This document shows positions 12,655 to 32,239 of a stretch of 32,273 bases of DNA, piece after piece. How positions within the stretch are numbered: position 1 is the stretch's first letter; each line of letters starts with the position of its first letter. The position numbers and the translations under genes are program-made. A model generated the notes under the pieces. It was not told the origin of the DNA. It saw only the letters and a list, made by a program, of their open reading frames with translations, and did no database searches. This DNA is from Catajapyx aquilonaris (taxonomy: Eukaryota): the NCBI GenBank assembly GCA_000934665.2, contig JYFJ02004414.1, positions 1-32,273 of the forward strand, read 5' to 3'.

Positions 12655-12700
12655 GCCTTCGTTGGCCTGCCTCATCTATAAGTCCTACAAGTGCTGGCAT
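12655..12700 (-). CDS. Candidate alternative first coding exon (MPALVGLIDEAGQRR)
   Basis: cacaATG start; donor gtaagt; 46 nt, phase 1, matching exon 7604; TATAAA upstream. Confidence 0.5.
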
Positions 12701-12749
12701 TGTGACAAGTCGCGATCTTGAAACCTGTTGTCGTTGTGCTCTCAGTATT

Positions 12750-12785
12750 CGAATTGCCTCTGTACAGCACAGGCGACAATTTATA
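12750..12785 (-). promoter_or_regulatory. Putative TATA box plus Inr-like element for the distal first exon
   Basis: TATAAA at 12785-12780 with GCAATTC about 30 nt downstream. Confidence 0.35.
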
Positions 12786-14581
12786 TTTATGTTCTCCCTC
12801 CTCCCCTCCCCCCTTCCCTACCATTCTAGTCTCACCCTTGGATCAGAACCGTCAGTTCATAGGCTACTTCCATATGTGTACTCAAATGATAAGGGGAGGA
12901 AAAATGGGTTCATGATAATGTTGTACATGCAACAAAAGCCCCCTTGCAAAATAAGTTGAAGGCATTTTCGTTTACGCCAATAGGAAGGCACATTCCAACA
13001 CAGGTATCAGGTCGTATAATGTGAATACATGACATGTAGAACTACCAGCGTCATATTGGAATGATATTGAAAACGATTTGAATTTTGATTGCATTATCCC
13101 GCATGGAAGAGATTTTTTTCAAACATTTCTACCAGCTGCTGTAATACTCTATCAGAAAACTGACTTGAGAAACAAAAAAGACCCCTGGAATATTATTGTC
13201 TTACTAATGTAAGTCATTTGCGACCAATATTTGACTCCCATCGTTCTGCATTTCAGGTCTCCACATCGTATTTCTGAAACTAAGCTAATAACAATTTTGC
13301 CAATCCTTTTTCCGCCACCATTATGTGTTAAAATCCAATAAATTATGTGCTTATGTATTACTGACTACCATAGCTTATCAAGATAGCCAACAATAGCTCA
13401 TAAGTTTATAAAGACAATAAACAAGACACATTCTGATAATGACTGAAGGTGGACTATCAATACGTTAGACTTCTTTTGGCGCGTAGATATAACCTGAACT
13501 TAGCATCTAGTGCGATTGAGATACTGCGATGCATAACGGTCACTGACTTGTGAGTGGCAGTCTACCTACAGGCAAAAATAACGGAGCACTGCCAAATTCA
13601 TCCTTTTAGGCAGGGTGTTAAGAACAACTTTAGAATATGGTGCAAGAATATGGAAGATTACGGTACGTTTTCTGAGTTTATCAACAAACGAAGTGAACTT
13701 GGAGTTTACCCAGGTACATTACGTCCACATATTATCTCATCCAGCCATTAGGTCTATTATTGTTGTGCAATGACACATTACAAATATTAGGGACTAGTCA
13801 GTGTTGAATGACTGGAGATGGATGTACTCTATGCGCGAGGGTTGCACAATAGCCATACTTGAAAGTAAGCAATTTAGAAGACTAGAAAATTCAATGGAAT
13901 AAATTTTAACGATTGTTCAAAGTTTCCCTCTTTAAAATGTCGATACACCTAAATTTCCATAATATAAAATATGCGACTTGGAAAATTGAACCTGACGCCA
14001 GAACAAATGCCATACAGTGAATATATGACGAAATTGAGAACAAAATAAAAATTCCTTCCCTTGACACCATCCCAATTCCACTTTCCCTCTTCTACCTACA
14101 TGGTGCAGGGAAGCAAGAGAAATCCAGGCTGTTCAAGTGGGTCCAGGGGAATTCCCTTATGTGTACCATATATATGTTGGGGCATACTTTCGGATAGCAC
14201 AGACGGAGAGTGGCAACAATTTATTGATCATCTCTAATACTTTAAAGTTGCATATTTTGCATTAATGTGGCTTATTCGGTGCTATCATTCTATCAGTGTT
14301 GATATTATCAAAGGCACATAGAGTAGGACGTAGGTTAACTTCGTGCTTGCTCGTTTATATGATACATAAATCTTACTTTCATTTGTATGCCATAGCACTT
14401 ACAAATGAGTCGCAATAGTTACAGTAAGTCTGAAGTGCACAATGCATCCATCACAGAAATATTACACATAAAAATCAGAGCAATAACGCAGAATTAGTAC
14501 AGTACAGTACGAGAATGTCATTGACATGCCTATAATCGGGCCTATAAATTGAGTTTAAGCATAAGCAATTTGGGTGTCACG

Positions 14582-14829
14582 TGTCAGAGACTCCGCCGAC
14601 GCCATTTCGAGGACATTGTTGAACAGGAAGCAGTTGTCCGGGAGTGGGTTCACCGCGCCTCCAGAAAGTGGTTCCTGGAGGACCTGGAGAGGTTGACATC
14701 CCTATGATCCTAGTGCATTTGGCTCCAGGATGGTTCTATCGATAATGTGTGCCTACCTGCCTACCTGCATGGGCCATGTATATTTCTGGCAAAAAATAAA
14801 GTGTAAAGATTTTCCTAACGCCCCTCGTA
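14582..14829 (+). mobile_element. Mariner-type DNA transposon 3' remnant (decayed transposase C-terminus, terminal repeat and TA)
   Basis: Frame from 14582 reads LRRRHFEDIVEQEAVVREWVHRASRKWFLEDLERLTSL*S*CIWLQDGSID, like the mariner C-terminus. It is followed by AATAAA and ...cctaacgcccctcg|TA, whose reverse complement TA|CGAGGGGCGTT is a typical mariner terminus. Confidence 0.7.
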
Positions 14830-16868
14830 CAAGCGCAGGGGAACTCAAAAACACGTTGCAGTAAGTTCTAATGTAATTAATTGTCGATATTAGCTCCTCC
14901 TGAAACGGTACCCGAGTTTCCTCTTTTTACTACTCTCCCACTTCTGGTATCGATGCTAATGGACACACACTCTCTACCTGTGAGCTCAGTATGGAGTGCT
15001 AAAGAAGGTAGACAAAAATGTATTGCATATAAAAAAGTTCAGGCCATTGCATGGGTCCCCTGCACAACCATCAGCACTCTAGCAAGGTTAATTGTTGTTG
15101 GCGGTTCGTTGACCACCACCTGGCGAGGTTCACCTCGGTACAGAACTGATGGATAGGCATTTAAAAAAATAAAGCTTACCGTATATTAGCATAATTAATT
15201 ATTGTACAATATGTAACTCCATTAGCTTTATTGTTGGCAAAATCTTTACCTTTATTCTGGCCCATTTATTAAATTATTATTACTATTTTGCTAATAAGCT
15301 TGCATCAGTTGCATGTGTGAATAAATGAACAGATAGCACCCAAACTGCATTGGCTCCTTCAAAAAGTTCGCCATTCCAACTAAACAACCTGTCAACACAC
15401 GAACCAATGAACATCAATTTCCTTGAAACTGTCCCTCCACCGTGTGTACATTTTTTTCCGCAATAATCTGATGCAAACAAAAACGGTGGAAATCCCACGC
15501 ACTTCAATTTGAAGTGCTACCAGGAAAAGACACTCTTCAATGACATCAATCACATTCCGAGAGCCGATATCTAAGCCTAATCCAGATATACCAGTGTACA
15601 ATACGCAGCAACATACATGAACCCGACAGGACCTTGACATCTGCACCTCGCATATACCCTACACCTGATTATAGTCCAACGTCCTTTACACACAGTACAA
15701 TATTCACAACACTTATCATATCGCCATCCCCATGACGAGTGCAGAATCAGGTATTTGTTCCACGTGTCCACACAGCTGTTTCACAACTGACGTGTGTAGT
15801 TGGCATCATACGAGGAGAAATCTAGCTGGCGCCAGCAACCAGGGCCAATAGAGTCAGGATGTAACGCCTGCTGCCTCTGTACGTGCTGCTGAATACTATT
15901 TGGACTACTCTTTAATGAAAATATGCAAATCGTAAAACTATTGACGGCACTGCAGTGCTATTGTTTATTTAACATTTATCGTGACATTAAGCTAATTGTC
16001 TTCTGCGGGCTTGCTCCAAAACTGAAGGCCTTTTCAGGACTCCAATGGGCATGTCAGCTTGATTGGGAGGTGTAAAAATATTGCAGATTAATTGTAGTGA
16101 AGTACAGGGTTTCCCAACAGTAACCGCAGCATTCAAATTTAAAAAAAAATTAAGCCAAAGCTAACGCCTATATGACTGTGTATATAGGTTTGCTTCCATG
16201 AAAGGGTTATAATAAAATAAGTGCAGAGAGAAACTGCTGCTTGTTACATTCTCATATAGGGTGGGCTCTCTACTCGAAGGAAATGCGCATAACAGAAGGG
16301 TCGTTAAAAATATGGCTCCTGGTTCCTGCCTTTCGAGCAAGTAAACGAGTTGCGTTAAACATTTTACGTAGCTGTTAGTACACTTTTACAGGCCACCGCC
16401 AAATGACCTAGAACGATGTTCCTCTACTGCGGTGCACGGAACAGTGTATTGCTACACAAAGTTCAAAAAATAATGGCGCAATAATTTTGGTACGGAAACA
16501 CTAATTATTGCTTGTGAATTATGGATAAGATCGCAAAGTTTGTGAATAACAATCTTCATGCATACAGATATGGTATTACAGTACCTCTTGTAAACTAAGC
16601 AAATGATCTAATTTATATCTTTGCAGCCTATTGCGTTGCATTAACTAATCCCAATCAGCGGATGCTCATATAATACAGGTTGAAACAAGTGACAGTTATT
16701 AATGAATCCTGTATTAGAGCAAAGCTTATGCTATCCAAATGTCAAAGTAAGCAGAAATAACAGGAGGACTGTATATTTTGGAGTATTGAACTGTACACGG
16801 TTCTTGTATAAAAATACCGCTCTTGTTAATTAGCTCACCAAAGAGTAACAGCTCATGTTACAACCAAT

Positions 16869-19800
16869 TTAGCTTCCTGCTATCATCTTCAGCTGACGCT
16901 TGTACCTTCTGACCAGTAGGTACAAGATGACTACGTTCAGTGCCAGCAAGGCAGCAAACATAAAAAATTCAGCGTACAGGTACTGCTTGCCGAATAGTTC
17001 TGTCTCGGCAATAGAAATCACCAGCACATGAGCTATTGCCATTCCCATCAGATACATAGTTGTCACAAGAGACTTCATTCCTACCGGTGACTGAAAAGAA
17101 AGCTCTGAGTGTATTGGCCACATATGTATAGTATATACAACTGCGGAGCAATCACCTCTGTGTAGGCCAACTCCAGTCCTGTGACGGAGAACATGATTTC
17201 TCCAAAAGTGAGAATAATGTACTGGGGCACCAGCCACATCATGTTCATCGAATTAGGCTTCGTCACGGGGTACACAAATATTCCATCTTGTGTCACCAGT
17301 ATGGAATAAACTCCGCCGGATCCGACGGGAAAGTCAATATATTTACCACTCTCCTTACTGACCAAGTACTTCCCTGGGGGAATCTCGTGGTAGTACGATG
17401 TGCTTTCAAAGACATTGCCTTCGCAAGATAGAGTGTAATTTTTTTCCTTCCCCATATATTTTTCGTCATATACCCATTCTATGGGTACTGGCAATGGGTA
17501 CCAAGGGGTTTCTTCTGCAAATTGTTACATGGCATTTACAATGATGCGGTCTATAAAATGAAATCATACAAAGATAATGTGGTCAACAATTAAGGACTAA
17601 CCAGGATTCTTGCCAAGCAGCTCAGATTCTGAAGGCTCGTTTGGATAAGGCCCTGGAAATGAAAATGTCTTATTGGTCATTTTCGAGCAATGTTTGTGAT
17701 TCAAGGCAATATACAGTATTTGAGCTGCTACAGAATCATGCACAATAATTTATTGTGCATCAATTATTGATTGTTTTGTTGCCTCATGCAGGATCCTAGA
17801 TTCCTAGTAGGCCTACAGAGAAAACAATTTTGAAACTATTTTCAGGTGAGGATATGCAAAATCGAGTTACCCTACGGCGATTCATTCTCATGCTATTAGT
17901 GAAAAGTTCTGTATATTCAATCGAAATCACCTGAAGAATAGGCACGACTGATAAACATTTTACAAGGCCTATTCATATCTGGCCCAAAATACAGTAAATA
18001 CTATAGCGATCGCACCTGTATATTCCTTTATCACCACAGTAGTGCCACAGGCGCTCCTATCATACAGAAATCTACAAAGAAAAAAACATAAAAAGAAACA
18101 TTACATGCATGTCAACATATTGACTTGAACATGACAGGTTTAGCCTACCTGAAAGAGGGAAGGCCATCGGCGAGCTTTTGTAATTCGTCCTCTTTAATAA
18201 TTTTGTGCCCCTCGGTACTTCCGTTTTCTGATGTAAGAATGTAAGTATATGCCTGAAAACAAGGGTGGTGGAGTAATGAAAACGGCTGAACGATTCTGCA
18301 ATGTCAAATCAAATAAAGTTGTCGAAACTTGAGTTAATACGGGTATTATACAAGTTATTTCCGATGCTGATAGGAATTGAGTGAAATGCACTTGACCTGA
18401 CTAGATTCTTACCTTGTTTTTTTCGACCACCACGTTTATAGTTGTATTTATTTTACACTCCGCAGATAATAATTTCGCCGTATTTTCGCCAGCAGTCAAA
18501 TGCTTGAACATGAACATTTGCTTCTTCTCTAGGTCCTTCGGATCAGAAGTCCCTACCTGCAGGTTGATTGGCTCGCATCCGAGCGCATTGATGAAGATCA
18601 AGTGCCCTTTGTCATTTCGAGGTAAATCCGCGTAGGTAGTTTTGAGCTCCAGCTCCAGTATTCCAGAGGCCACAAAGCCCAAGGTGGCAAAGACCCCGCC
18701 GACCACCATCCGGTCCAAAGGCTGCACCAAGAAGCCGATTTTGGCTCCGACTGGATACAGAACGTACTCGAATAAGGGTATCAGCAGCACCACCAGAATG
18801 GCATTGGTGACCTTCATCATCTTTGGGGGTATGCTGAACGAGCCCATGTTGCCGTTCATCATGGCAGCCTGGTTGGTCCAGCGGACTCCTTGCTGTTCGA
18901 ATTGTGCCCAGAGGAAAGGCATGGGACAAAATATGATCAGGACGCGCAGGGCAGTCTTGATGTCGTTGATCAACTGCTGGTCGAACTTGTTGTCGGCCCA
19001 GTCCAGCCAGTGATCCCTTGTTGCAGCCTGTGGTTCCGACGTTTCACTTTCTCCCTTACGACCCCGTGACATCCTACGGCTTATGGCATACTGTAACAAG
19101 AGGTGCTTTTTAATGAAGGAAATTGAGTGTACCTTGTTCTGTACAAGTGCAACCTATAGCTTTATTTGCACGACGCTATTAACATGCCATGTGATGGAGA
19201 CAATATCTATCCACTGTCATTCATTTATCACATGAACATTTCTTTAAATACATTAAAAGGTAAGTAAATGCTTACTTACACTCATGCACCGGAATATCTC
19301 CTTAACCATGTTGCACGATGGCTTGTGGATCACGTAATAATACCTTCCGACGAGAATCACACCTAAGGAATGTATTTGGTAATGTGAGATATTTTGTGCA
19401 GGCCTATCTTAACACACCTTGCTACATAGGCAACTTTACAATTAGATCGATTTTTGTTGATAACTTCCTGTATTGATGCCTTTGTCGATATACTGTATAG
19501 AACAATGGAACGACTCTCTTTGATATTCGATACAAGCATTCTTATACTGCAATAATTAAGTGCCTATGGTTGTTGGGTTATGCACAGCGACATACGTACC
19601 AAGTGAGATGACCATAAAAATGGCCAGAATTCCAAAAGCTGCAGCATCGCAATAGATTTTCCCAAAGCACTGTATTTCCCTTCGGATAATAGGAGTGAGA
19701 GGATAGGAGATGAGAACCCCTGCGTTGATGGTCAAGTAGAAGATGGCAAAGTAGGTCTGGAGCTCCTTAAATTGCTGTGGTACCACGTACTGATCGCCTC

Positions 19801-20380
19801 CAAAGCATATCACGCATGGCTTGAGTCCTCCTACTGCAATCCCGATTACAAACACCCCTATCATGGCAACCGCAATCTGAGCTGCACCTTCCATAAACCC
19901 TAGGGCAGAGATCACCACGACTAGTGAGCCTCCCACATACACGATCGTGAGGTACAGCATGGTGTGGTACTGCCCCAAAAAGGCGTCGGCCAGGCAGCCT
20001 CCGAGGAGGGAAGCGAAGTTGCAGAGGCATACAAAAGTGTGAAAGACAGTCATGTTTTGTCCTCTAGTGAACTTCAGTTCGTCGCGGAAGAATTGACTTA
20101 AGACGGCTGTAAAATGGGCAGAAAATTATTTGTTTCCAGAAAAAATTCTTCGTAGCAAGTTTGCACCCATCTCAGTTTCATGCTGCTGAATGAAACATTA
20201 CTCGCCAGAATCAGTGCAAATTTCTACAGCAAGGTTATGACTGTATGCCATATTACATACAGTATAAAGTTACATAAAATAACTTACATATCAATCCGTA
20301 GAAATATAATCGTTCACAAAACTCGCTGCCCAAGATGAAATATATACCATGCGGATACTTGAGTGTCTGGAAAAGTTCAC

Positions 20381-20479
<99 letters not shown>

Positions 20480-20591
20480 CCACCACCACCACCACCACCT
20501 GGTTTTGGTTTAAAGAAGCAGGGCTTACTTTCTCTTTTCCTCCCGCAGCTTCACCTTTTGCAGAGATGTTGCCGCCTCCTTCTTCCGCCAT
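16869..20591 (-). CDS. Second, divergent SLC15/POT oligopeptide transporter (tandem paralog), about 733 aa, 10 coding exons
   Basis: Exons 20591-20529, 20366-20288, 20106-19600, 19362-19280, 19090-18413, 18252-18149, 18071-18016, 17652-17602, 17514-17156, 17090-16869 join in frame with no stops. Motifs: EFCERLYFYG, GGLKPCVICFGGDQY, HWLDWADNKFD, VPQYIILTFGEIMFSVTGLE. Confidence 0.92.
20385..20498. repeat. Compound microsatellite (AAT)21(CAT)10(CAC)7
   Basis: Read directly; lies in intron 20367-20528. Confidence 0.97.
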
Positions 20592-21485
20592 GGTGATTCT
20601 TTGTTTCAGACCATGCTGTCAAAATATTAAAAATGACTATACGATAATGACTTCTTGTTTAAATACAGTAATATTTACCCTATGTTGCAGGAGGAGAACG
20701 AACTTTCCCGAAAGGGTGCCGAGCTCCAGGAAGGAACAATGAACTTGGCGAAGCTATTTCATATCTTTTAAAAATATGAGAACGTGGTATTGTGCGGCAA
20801 AATGAATCATATACAGAATACTTATAGTGCCGCAAGGTACATGTTCAAAGTAAGAATTGGTAAGCTTTATATTATAACCTATAGTAACGCCGTTCGAAGA
20901 AAATTTTACTTGCCTGTGACCATACTTTCGGGTTGATTGCACCGCTTAGCTGTTATAAAGTATTTTTTTGGCTGGAGAAGTGACAGTTAAATAAGAGGGG
21001 CTAGGAATTCTTTGTTTTACATGTTTGACAATGGAAATAAAATTTCAGTATATACATTTTCAGCCGAAAATGTTTGCCAGTATAGAGCTGCAACTGTCAC
21101 TTAAAAACCAGTCGACGTCAGGCTAGTATAATCAGGTACCGGTACAGGAGTTATTCCTCTGATGGCTCACATATTCGACGTAATACAGAATAGAATTCCC
21201 ACACTGCATTAAAACCTAGGCTTATTTTTTCTAGTTAATGTTCGCTAAATGGCACAAGACATGACGTTTTACTGTATGACTTTAGTAATGTGTTCAGCTT
21301 GAATAATTATTGTAGTACCTGAATTAACTTACCGCCAAGATGTTCTGGCTACATCACAGTGTCATTTTCCTGCAAATATTCCGTCCTGCTCCAGATATTA
21401 CTGTTTACTAGGCAACGCCCATTTCATTATTGGAACATATATAAATGCAGTCGGTGAACGCGAAGCTTACCAGTTATCCCTTTCA

Positions 21486-21567
21486 GGGCAAGTTGCACCG
21501 GCCTCAGTATCTCGGCCTCAGTTATACCCGAGGTTCTAAGTTATACTGAGGCCGGTGCAACTGGCCC
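21486..21567. mobile_element. 82-bp MITE, PIF/Harbinger-like
   Basis: 25-bp terminal inverted repeats (24/25 match; GGGCAAGTTGCACCGGCCTCAGTAT) flanked by TCA on both sides (21483-21485, 21568-21570). Confidence 0.7.
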
Positions 21568-22376
21568 TCATTCAGTAAAATCAATAACTATACGGTACTT
21601 TTAAAAGTTTTACTGAAAAAATTAACTTGTAGTCGAACCTTTTCCAACAGGATATGGCATAGTCCATATGCTGAACTGCAAGGCACTGAAATTATAAATA
21701 CAAAACAAAGCAATCGACATATATATGATTGCTGGTTCTTTACTGATATTCATTTACAACTATAGATCATAAATAAGACATCACAAGAATGTGACGCCTG
21801 AGACAGCAGATATGACAGCGAGAGCGACAGGAAAGGAGAGACGACAAGAGGACTCGTGATTTCAGGTATACCTTATAAAAATACTTGACATCGTCGGATT
21901 GTCAGATATTGATCCTCACCCTTTGTAAAAGGCAAAGAGAAGTGAGAGTGGAAGATGTAAGTCGACATGAAAATAGAGTCTGTACAGCAGTCTTGGGGAG
22001 AGATAATTAAGTCGGAAGTGACACTTGTGAGACGACAAAGAAGAAAATTAATTATTGCCCTGTCGAAGCCTTGCATTTTCTTAGCTTTGCTACTTGCACA
22101 AAAATACGTATACCATTTTTTGTATATTGATATGTGTTACTGCTACACCAAGCGAATTGCCATGCACGCCACTCTTTCCATAACAATGGAAAATAAATCA
22201 AAGCTTGGTAGCGCCAGCACCACATTTGATGAAAATTGCGCCAGCGCAAATCAGCAAAGCGACGTAAAAATGTGGCAGGATTGCGGATTGAATATTTTGG
22301 AATAGTAGCATATTTTAAAGCCCAACTGCATTATTTTTTCCCTCAAAAATCGCCAGTTATGAGGGTTAACCAAAAT

Positions 22377-29845
<7,469 letters not shown>

Positions 29846-30957
29846 TTACATGCTGCTCCAAGAAAGTATTTTGCAAGTTACACAGCATAATTTAGTATTG
29901 ATCATAATTAAATGACTTATGATTTATAATAAATTATCAGCAATTGATAATTTATCTGTAATCAGTTAACCACATCGTTTTCGGATGAGATTCTAGTGGG
30001 TGTTACGTGTTGGAAACGATATAAAATAAATATAACTTAGATATATAAATGTAATAACAGCCGATTATGAGCTAACTTCTGGCTCATAGCATTTGAAAAT
30101 AATAGACATGCTTCATAGTTTAAAAAACGTTATATGAATAACGTATGAACTTCGAACACCGACGAGTGAATTTAGTACCTCCAGGACTAGTGCGTGACCT
30201 TCGTCACCTGGTGGCGCAACAGTGTGCCATATGAAATGTTGCACAATGCATTACAACAGTTGGTCCCCAGCTGTCAGCAAACTACTGTATCAGATAATCT
30301 GCTCTTCGCTTGAGATATATACAGTGTGTAGCTGGCGACAGGTGTGAAAAAGTTGGCTACCTTCTGGGGTCGGGCAAGTACGATACGACACTTGTAAGTT
30401 GACGACTTCACTCTGCATATCGCTGCACATTTATATGCCTACTTTTGGTGAGCTTGTCGCATAATTTGATGAGCTACAGTAAGTCGTCACGTATAATAGG
30501 ACATATTAGCCTTTAAAAATTGTGACTAGATCATGTAACATTTACAGCCAGGCCAAATAAATTCATGTTACATTATTCCACATAGTGTAACATAATGTAA
30601 CTTAATGACAACCTTCGCGCAGACAAGTCAGCTTCATCATTCCACAAGGTCATGTTACATAGAGACTGACTACTTGTGAGTAGAAAGAACCTTGACAAAT
30701 CTGCACATGTAGAGATGCGTCCCTGCAGGCTACACTGTATATGGGAAGACTTATTTCGAGGCTTTTGACAGGCCACTCTGTTCTTTCAAAACTAGCTAGC
30801 AGAGGGGCCATTATATTCCTGACTATGCATGTGATATCATTATATCAGAAGATAAGACCGTTTTTTCCTACTGTCTAGTTGGAAGGTTTTTCCATTTTTT
30901 TGTGTCATAATCGTCCTGTACTTTTTTGCTGTGGTGGTGGGCGTGGTAAGAATGACT

Positions 30958-30958
<1 letters not shown>

Positions 30959-31006
<48 letters not shown>
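30959..31006. repeat. (TAA)16 microsatellite
   Basis: Read directly; inside a putative 5'UTR intron 30946-31017 (gtaaga...tttcacag) of the P450. Confidence 0.95.
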
Positions 31007-31011
<5 letters not shown>

Positions 31012-31042
31012 TCACAGATCTGAAGGCAAACACCTCATTGCC

Positions 31043-32071
31043 ATGGCCTTTTTGACTGGGAGCTACCTGATGGACGCACTTTTATTCGTCATCGGCATCG
31101 TATATGCTTTTTATCTTTATATGACCGCTGGCTTGAATTATTGGTCTAGTCGCGGTGTGAAATGGGTTCCCTTAGGATTTTGGACATCATTTATAGACAG
31201 GTTTGTGACTGTGAAGTATCTCGGTGACTTGGATCACAATATCTACAAGAAACTGTCCCGCATGAATGTCCAGTTTGGCGGGTTTTTTGAACTGCGGAGG
31301 CCATGCATGATGATTTTAGACCCAGAACTTTTGCGCAGCATTTACGTCAAAGATTTTGATCACTTTATCGACCGTCGTAATTTTGAGACAAGGGGGACTT
31401 CAATGTTCTCAAAGTTTCTATTCTCTCTGGACGGAATGGAATGGAAAAATTTGAGGGCCAAAATGACACCTACGTTCTCCTCTGGAAAGATGAAACGCAC
31501 TTTCGAAACTATGAGGTCATGTACCGGAAACATGGAACGTTACCTAACCGATCTTGCAAACAAAGGGGAACCAGTAGAAATGAACAATTGCTTCTCTCGG
31601 TACACTATGGATACCATAGGCAGCAGTGTTTTCGGAATTGAGTGCGACTCCTTCCACGACCAAGACTCGCAGTTTTTAAAGACAGTCAGCACTTTTCAAA
31701 CTCTGGATTTTGAAAGAATGATGCGGTTCTTTTTTACTCTTATGTTTCCAAAATTAGCTGAAAAGTTGAAGGTAAGCTATACATCCGACGATTGATTTAG
31801 TTGGTTGGGCTTCAGGACAATTATTAATATATAGACTATATTGTTGTACAGTTTCCAGTATTTCCGGATTCAGGCACCAAGTTTTTTATTGACGTTTTGG
31901 AAGCGACCATAAAGCACCGACGAGACACAGGGGATACAAGAAATGACTTCCTGCAGTTGATGTTGGAACTTCAGGCGGGACAGCTGAAAGACGATAACCC
32001 AGCTGACCATGAAGAGAACTTGCTTGAAATTGAAGCGAAAATGGCCAGCCCTGGACAGGCAGACAAATTCG
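31043..32071 (+). CDS. Cytochrome P450, CYP3 clan (CYP6-like), first two coding exons; 3' part outside the window
   Basis: Exons 31043-31771 (donor gtaagc) and 31852-32071 (weaker donor gtacct). N-terminal TM anchor, YW..RGV, DPELLRSIYVKDFDHFIDR, WKNLRAKMTPTFSSGKMK, DTIGSSVFGI, RNDFLQLMLEL. Confidence 0.93.
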
Positions 32072-32239
32072 GTACCTATACCTAGTCTACTGTAGTTGGT
32101 GGTATTGGTATTGGTATTAGTCCTAGCGGTTCACGACATATTTGCAAAGAAAACTGCATTTTATGATAGAAGCAAGCCGCTTGGCACAGCGATACTTTAG
32201 ACAATTTATAAAATATTTGCCCGTAGCAGTCACATTTAC

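Noticed and set aside
14765..14777. ATGGCCCATGCAG|gtaggc as a further phase-1 start exon
   Set aside because: Very short and inside the mariner remnant
15283..15771. Cluster of short ORFs with a coding-like look
   Set aside because: No recognisable homology or consistent splice model
20335..20742. Plus-strand poly-Ile/Thr ORF
   Set aside because: A translation of the microsatellite antisense to a real gene
21873..22305. Possible alternative C-terminal TM exon of otoferlin, as in vertebrates
   Set aside because: No RP...F.W....K-like peptide or clear TM exon downstream of the 22377 stop
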